Virus record (IMG/VR): IMGVR_UViG_3300020122_000176
Reading direction: 5' to 3' (one strand)
Length of the DNA: 20,000 nt
From: an uncultured virus (IMG/VR IMGVR_UViG_3300020122_000176)
Taxonomy: Duplodnaviria; Heunggongvirae; Uroviricota; Caudoviricetes
Shown: positions 16,048-20,000 of the stretch, one piece after another
Position numbering within the stretch: position 1 is the stretch's first letter
Layout of the letters: every line of letters starts with the position of its first letter
The notes under the pieces: generated by a model
The model's input: only the letters and a program-made list of their open reading frames with translations
What the model was told of the DNA's origin: nothing
Databases searched by the model: none
Program-made: the position numbers and the translations under genes

Positions 16048-16111
16048 GCTAAGACCCGCCTAGACTTAGCCGCCCACTTGCGCTTTTCTACAAGAAAACT
16101 ATATCTTGCGC
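16048..16111. promoter_or_regulatory. Divergent control region: sigma70-like promoter on + strand with palindromic operator candidates
   Basis: CTTGCG(16077)-N16-CTATAT(16099). The spacer holds TTTTCT-ACA-AGAAAA. Second inverted repeat GCTAAG-N11-CTTAGC (16048-16070). AT-rich relative to flanks. Confidence 0.5.
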
Positions 16112-16132
16112 ACGATTTGAGAGGACCAACGC

Positions 16133-16384
16133 ATGGACATTCTGCAAAAGCTTCGGCACACGCGGCCTTGGACGGGCGAGTCCGTCTGGGAGACGATGCG
16201 TGCGGCCGCCGACGAGATCGAACAGCTGCGCGCCGAGCGCGCGAAGATGCTCACGCAGTTGCAGACTGCTCTGAGCCTGCTGGGTGGCGAACCGGATGAC
16301 CATGCCGAGGTCGACGAGTATATCGAACAGGCCAAGTTCATCGAGGAGGCTGGCGACACACTCAAGCGCCATGGCGTGCAATGA
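16133..16384 (+). CDS. Hypothetical protein (83 aa, helical/coiled)
   Basis: GAGAGGA SD. MDILQKLR...MRAAADEIEQLRAE is a pattern common in small phage proteins. Confidence 0.8.
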   Translation: MDILQKLRHTRPWTGESVWETMRAAADEIEQLRAERAKMLTQLQTALSLLGGEPDDHAEVDEYIEQAKFIEEAGDTLKRHGVQ

Positions 16385-16632
16385 GCGATGGAGCAAAATG
16401 GAATTTGGCTGCGGCGCTGTTGATTATCATTCTAATGATCACGGTCTACAATCTCGCAAAACCAGTGAGCTACGAGGACCTCGCCAAAATCTATGCAGCC
16501 AGATGCGTGTCCAATAAGGCAGACGGCAACTGGGTCGGATCGATGGGCATCAGCCTAGAGAAGTTTTGCAAAGGCGCTGGCGATCTGCAGGCATTGCAGG
16601 AAGAGCGCCGAGATCATCCAGAGGACTTTTAG
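16381..16632 (+). CDS. Small membrane-anchored/exported protein (83 aa)
   Basis: Overlapping start. N-terminal hydrophobic helix LAAALLIIILMITVY and two Cys. Confidence 0.7.
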   Translation: MSDGAKWNLAAALLIIILMITVYNLAKPVSYEDLAKIYAARCVSNKADGNWVGSMGISLEKFCKGAGDLQALQEERRDHPEDF

Positions 16633-16634
16633 CC

Positions 16635-16772
16635 ATGGCGACACAGATCATCGAATATCTGCACTTGCAGAATGCTGATCCGACTGTGCTGCGCGTAGTG
16701 TTTGGTCTCGTGCTGCTCTACTGCGTGGTGGGCTTGCCGCTAGCATTGCTGCAGCGGAAGTCGCGCCGTTAG
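16635..16772 (+). CDS. Small single-pass membrane protein (45 aa)
   Basis: GAGGA SD, ATG 16635. VLRVVFGLVLLYCVVGLPLALL followed by basic QRKSRR. Confidence 0.65.
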   Translation: MATQIIEYLHLQNADPTVLRVVFGLVLLYCVVGLPLALLQRKSRR

Positions 16773-16978
16773 AAACCGGTGTGGCCGCCGCTTAGACCGC
16801 CGCCGAGTGCGTAATCTGCTACGGCGAAGATGCACGCTAGGACAATGATCACGTAGACGATCGTGCGGAACGGCTCGATCACGTTGAGCGCGGCGAGGAT
16901 TTTTCCAGCGGCCCAGACGACGGCGCACGCAAGCCCGATCAGCACGAGCAAGATGAAGATGAAATGGAAGTTGATCAT
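16769..16978 (-). CDS. Small two-TM membrane protein (69 aa)
   Basis: GGAGGG SD. Two hydrophobic helices separated by EPFRT. Confidence 0.8.
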   Translation of the reverse strand: MINFHFIFILLVLIGLACAVVWAAGKILAALNVIEPFRTIVYVIIVLACIFAVADYALGGGLSGGHTGF

Positions 16979-16999
16979 GGCTTCCCTCCGCGGACGCTA

Positions 17000-17063
17000 G
17001 GCTCGGCCTCGACACGGCTTGCGGCCACCTGTCGTCGACAACAGACAACGCCAAAGCCGAGCC
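17000..17063 (-). ncRNA. Candidate structured leader RNA (three-way junction)
   Basis: GGCTCGGCTTTGGCG pairs with TGTCGAGGCCGAGCC (15 bp including G-U), enclosing CTGTTG-TCGA-CGACAG and GGC-CGCAA-GCC. CTATAC -10-like box at 17073-17078. Confidence 0.45.
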
Positions 17064-17231
17064 CCGAGTTCCGTATAGTCCGAATTGCTTGATCGGGAAA
17101 GTGGCGGGTGTGCGCGAATTACAGCATGGCCTTCGGAAGGTCGTGTCCGGTCGTGACCGCATCGATCCGCGCTTGGTTTACCGGGGCTGGCCCGCCGTTA
17201 CCCTCATGTCAGGTCACGACGGCGCGTTCTG

Positions 17232-18512
17232 TCACTTTTTGCGCTTCTTCGCCAGCGACTCGAGCGTGGCGCCATCCGCGCGGGTGGCCACGTGGCTGGT
17301 GAATTTTTCCCACCGCTCGATCGTCAGTTGCGCGTACGCCGGATCAATTTCGATGCCGATGCAGCGCCGCGATTCCATCTCGCAGCTGACGAGAGTGGTG
17401 CCAGAACCGAGGAACGGATCATAAATCCAATCGCCTTTTTTGCTGTTGTTGATGATAGGGCGGCGCATGCATTCGATCGGCTTCTGCGTGCTGTGGCCGG
17501 TTTCTGACTTCGCATGAGTGATCGACCAGAGCGTCGTCTGCGATCGACCGCCGTGCCAGTTTCCTTTTTTGCCTTTGCGCACGGCGTACCAACATGGCTC
17601 GTGCTGCCAGTGATAGTCGCCTCGGCTGATGATGAGCCGGTCCTTCGCCCAGATGATTTGCGAGCGCATCGCAAAGCCAACCGACTCAAGTGATTCCTGC
17701 ACGGTCCTGGCATGCCGACCCGCATGCCAACAGTAGGCAATGTCGCCCTCAAACAGCGCCCAGGCGAGGCGCCAATCTGCGCTGGTGTCCCCCGAAACCT
17801 TTCCTATGGCGCGAGCGCCATAGGCTTTGCCGTTGGCCCGGTCTGCTTCATTCCGCCAGTTCGCGTCGTATTCCACCCCGTAAGGTGGGTCAGTGACCAT
17901 CAGATTGGGCCTGAATTCGCCCACAGCGCGCGACACAGCCGCCTTGTCGGTGCAGTCGCCCACCAGCAGCCTGTGGTCGCCCAGCAGCCACAATTCGCCC
18001 GATTTTACGATTGGCTTGGCTGGAAGGGGCGGCGTCTCCTCGGCCTTGGCGTTAAGCTCGGGCTGCGTGAAGCCCACGATGCCGAGTGCGCCAAGATCGG
18101 GCACGGTAAACCCGGCAACGCTCAGATCGAACGACGCAGTCTGCAGCGCCGCTATTTCGACTCGTAACGCGTCCTCGTTCCATACGCCGCGCTCGCTGAG
18201 CTTGTTGTCGGCAATGCGATAGGCGCGCTTCTGTGCCTCGCTCCAGCCGCGCGCGATAATGGTGGGCGCCTCGGAGAACGCTGGCTCCAGTGCTGCAGCA
18301 AGGGCGCGGCCGTGACCGGCAATAATTTCACCATCAGGATCTGCGAGAATTGGAATGGTCCAGCCGAATTCATTCATTGCGGCGCGGATTGCAACGACCT
18401 GATCGGGCGGGTGCGTCTTGGGGTTGTTCGCGAATGGCTTGAACCAGGCGATCGGCATGCGAATGATTTGCTCCATGCCAATGTCCTTGATCGTGACCTT
18501 GCGCGCACTCAC
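17232..18512 (-). CDS. ParB-N domain-fused DNA methyltransferase (N6-adenine/N4-cytosine, beta class), 426 aa
   Basis: N-terminal NPKTH...FGWTIPIL...IIAGHGR...AYRIADNKL. Catalytic TDPPY precedes HSTQKP and the SAM-binding DPFLGSGTT...GIEID. Confidence 0.95.
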   Translation of the reverse strand: MSARKVTIKDIGMEQIIRMPIAWFKPFANNPKTHPPDQVVAIRAAMNEFGWTIPILADPDGEIIAGHGRALAAALEPAFSEAPTIIARGWSEAQKRAYRIADNKLSERGVWNEDALRVEIAALQTASFDLSVAGFTVPDLGALGIVGFTQPELNAKAEETPPLPAKPIVKSGELWLLGDHRLLVGDCTDKAAVSRAVGEFRPNLMVTDPPYGVEYDANWRNEADRANGKAYGARAIGKVSGDTSADWRLAWALFEGDIAYCWHAGRHARTVQESLESVGFAMRSQIIWAKDRLIISRGDYHWQHEPCWYAVRKGKKGNWHGGRSQTTLWSITHAKSETGHSTQKPIECMRRPIINNSKKGDWIYDPFLGSGTTLVSCEMESRRCIGIEIDPAYAQLTIERWEKFTSHVATRADGATLESLAKKRKK

Positions 18513-18679
18513 TTGGCACGCCCAGTCGGTGCCTTGTCGTCCGGGTCTGCAGGCGCGCCCACAAGATGGCGCAGCACGCCGAGTTTGCGGCGACGCAGCT
18601 TGAAGTTGGGCGGGTGTTGGTCGAGCGCGTTGATGTATTCGAGCGCCGACGCTTTCAGCTCTTCGTAGTTCTCAGCCAT
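18509..18679 (-). CDS. Small hypothetical protein (56 aa, MAENYEELKASALEYINALDQHPPNFKLRRRKLG...)
   Basis: Manually translated. GTGA overlap with the MTase start and an overlap with the upstream stop. Confidence 0.7.
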   Translation of the reverse strand: MAENYEELKASALEYINALDQHPPNFKLRRRKLGVLRHLVGAPADPDDKAPTGRAK

Positions 18680-18863
18680 CTGCCGCAGCCCTGAGCCATC
18701 GCTCGATTTCCTCGGCCTCGGCCATCAAGTCTTTTGCCGTCGGGCGCGCATGTGCTGATGCGAGAATTGGCACGCATTTGATCGCGAGGTCGAGCGCCAT
18801 AGCACGCACCTTCGCGGCCTCCATGCCGTCGTAGACCGTCACGCCGCCGCGCTTACCGGCCAT
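18672..18863 (-). CDS. Small hypothetical protein (~56-63 aa; start uncertain)
   Basis: VRAMALDLAIK...AKDLMAEAEEIERWL is a two-helix pattern. Only the 3' part of ORF-track 18672..19205 is plausible. Confidence 0.7.
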   Translation of the reverse strand: MAGKRGGVTVYDGMEAAKVRAMALDLAIKCVPILASAHARPTAKDLMAEAEEIERWLRAAADG

Positions 18864-19185
18864 CGGTTTCTGCTGCCAATCTCGCTTCGCGCTTCTCGTT
18901 CGCGGCCTGCATCTGGCGGATCCTGCGCAAGCGCTCGCGCTCACCGCCGCCAGGCACAGGGTGCGAGCCATTGCCGGACGAGCCCAGCGCTGAGCCGCGC
19001 AGATGGCGAAGGGTTTTCTTTGTTGGCTTCGCGGTTGCTTTTGGCTCCATCGGCACGAATGCCGGATCGCTACGCACGGAGACAGTCGCGAGCGCGGCCG
19101 CCAAGCCACCGAGATAGGACGCGAAGCTACGGCCACCGACGCGGTTGCCGAAACGATCAAGCGGCAGCTGTTTTGGTTTTTCCAT
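18853..19185 (-). CDS. Hypothetical phage protein (110 aa)
   Basis: ATG abuts the upstream TGA. Basic GGERERLRRIRQ motif. Confidence 0.65.
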   Translation of the reverse strand: MEKPKQLPLDRFGNRVGGRSFASYLGGLAAALATVSVRSDPAFVPMEPKATAKPTKKTLRHLRGSALGSSGNGSHPVPGGGERERLRRIRQMQAANEKREARLAAETDGR

Positions 19186-19452
19186 TCAAACGTACTCGCC
19201 GCCAAGGTCGATGCCGAACGTCACTGGCTTGCGACCATCTTCCGTCGTTCCATCGGGCCGCACGACGATCGGCGCGTCGTCGACCACGGCAAGCGACGGT
19301 GCCAGCATAGTTGCGATCCACCTTCCCGATTTTGTTATTCGAACGGTCAGCCCCCGGCTCACTCGATCTAATATCTCACCCGGGTATGAACGCAACTCCA
19401 TCATCGTGACGGTCGCTGTCTCGCCCTTAAAACTCAGCTTCGGTATCGGCAT
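19186..19452 (-). CDS. Phd/YefM (prevent-host-death) family antitoxin-like DNA-binding protein (88 aa)
   Basis: TVTMMELRSYPGEILDRVSRGLTVRITKSGRWIATM fits the Phd/YefM beta-alpha-alpha-beta-beta consensus. GAGGAG SD. Confidence 0.75.
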   Translation of the reverse strand: MPIPKLSFKGETATVTMMELRSYPGEILDRVSRGLTVRITKSGRWIATMLAPSLAVVDDAPIVVRPDGTTEDGRKPVTFGIDLGGEYV

Positions 19453-19464
19453 TCGCTCGTCTCC

Positions 19465-19833
19465 TCAGTGCCTCGTTTGTGCTGGCAGCAATTTGCCCTG
19501 TCGCAGATCGTGCTGCTGCTGTTCATAGTGCTTGTATTCTTCCATAAACGTGCGCAGCGGCTGAAACTGCGCAGCCTTCCAGTCCGGGATCGAGCCGTTC
19601 TGACGGAAGTCGTGATCAATCGATTGCTGCATGCCGGCGATGGCTTCGCCCTTGAGGACTTCGTCGATCGTCGTGCTGCTGAAGTGGCGCTGGCAGAGCG
19701 GCAGCCAGAGGATCGAGCGCACACCAGCGAAGTTCGTGCGCGCCATCGCGTGCGGCGGGACCACCAGCACCGGCGTACACCACGCGCGCTCCTTGCAGCC
19801 AGGCCTGGAGCAGTCGTGAATGCGCTCAGCCAT
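19465..19833 (-). CDS. Hypothetical protein with putative Zn-binding motif (122 aa)
   Basis: ATG 19833 with GGAG SD. C-x4-C (CSRPGC) and C-x2-H (CQRH). Confidence 0.72.
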   Translation of the reverse strand: MAERIHDCSRPGCKERAWCTPVLVVPPHAMARTNFAGVRSILWLPLCQRHFSSTTIDEVLKGEAIAGMQQSIDHDFRQNGSIPDWKAAQFQPLRTFMEEYKHYEQQQHDLRQGKLLPAQTRH

Positions 19834-20000
19834 CGGACTCCACCCGCTTCGACGGATCGCCACCAGTCCCACGCATGATGGCTTCTGAGTCCTTCTTGCA
19901 GCCGTCGATGATCTCGCGTTTGGTGAGGCGCGTTTGCTTGCCTGCGATCAAAGCTTCGGCATCGTCGATCTGCTCCCAGTATGGCGACATGGAACCGACG
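19826..20000 (-). CDS. 3' end of a hypothetical protein (probably partial)
   Basis: Open frame ...SPYWEQIDDAEALIAGKQTRLTKREIIDGCKKDSEAIMRG...ESDG* overlapping the next start. Confidence 0.6.
   Translation of the reverse strand, partial: VGSMSPYWEQIDDAEALIAGKQTRLTKREIIDGCKKDSEAIMRGTGGDPSKRVESDG

Larger units (their letters stand above)
1..20000 (-). mobile_element. Tailed phage / prophage region (DNA packaging, head morphogenesis and putative head-decoration/fibre genes)
   Basis: Canonical order TerS-TerL-portal-MuF-protease-scaffold-cement-major capsid, co-oriented and tightly packed with ATGA/TAATG overlaps. No host housekeeping genes. No integrase or att site is in the window, so prophage versus free phage cannot be decided. 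Confidence 0.96.

Noticed and set aside
5712..16063. Long plus-strand ORFs (6346..7614, 7539..8765, 13396..14382, 14461..15513, 15140..16063)
   Set aside because: They are antisense to clearly identified phage genes, an expected artefact of high GC3 codon bias.

Overview
The whole window is part of a high-GC tailed phage or prophage (class Caudoviricetes; an alphaproteobacterial-type host is an inference only), transcribed almost entirely on the minus strand. In transcription order (20000 to 1) it encodes: small accessory genes, including a Zn-finger-like protein and an orphan Phd/YefM-like protein; a ParB-N/DPPY DNA methyltransferase; a small membrane protein behind a structured leader; a three-gene plus-strand island; small and large terminase; portal; a short MuF minor head protein; a multidomain XkdF-like prohead protease carrying a ParB-like domain; a long scaffold-like protein that begins with the missing 'EVSxVDxPAN' protease strand; a capsid cement/decoration protein; and the major capsid protein. 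About ten small, mostly beta-rich putative virion genes follow. The last gene is a >776-aa ORF absent from the ORF track because it runs off the left edge. It has a low-GC LamG/ConA-like N-terminal domain followed by about 34 tandem 14-aa repeats with a near-invariant His. The most notable items are that His-periodic fibre, the apparently split and cargo-laden prohead protease/scaffold with recurrent hydrophobic-x-Lys motifs, and several structured intergenic RNA candidates. All family assignments come from motif recognition by eye, not from database searches.
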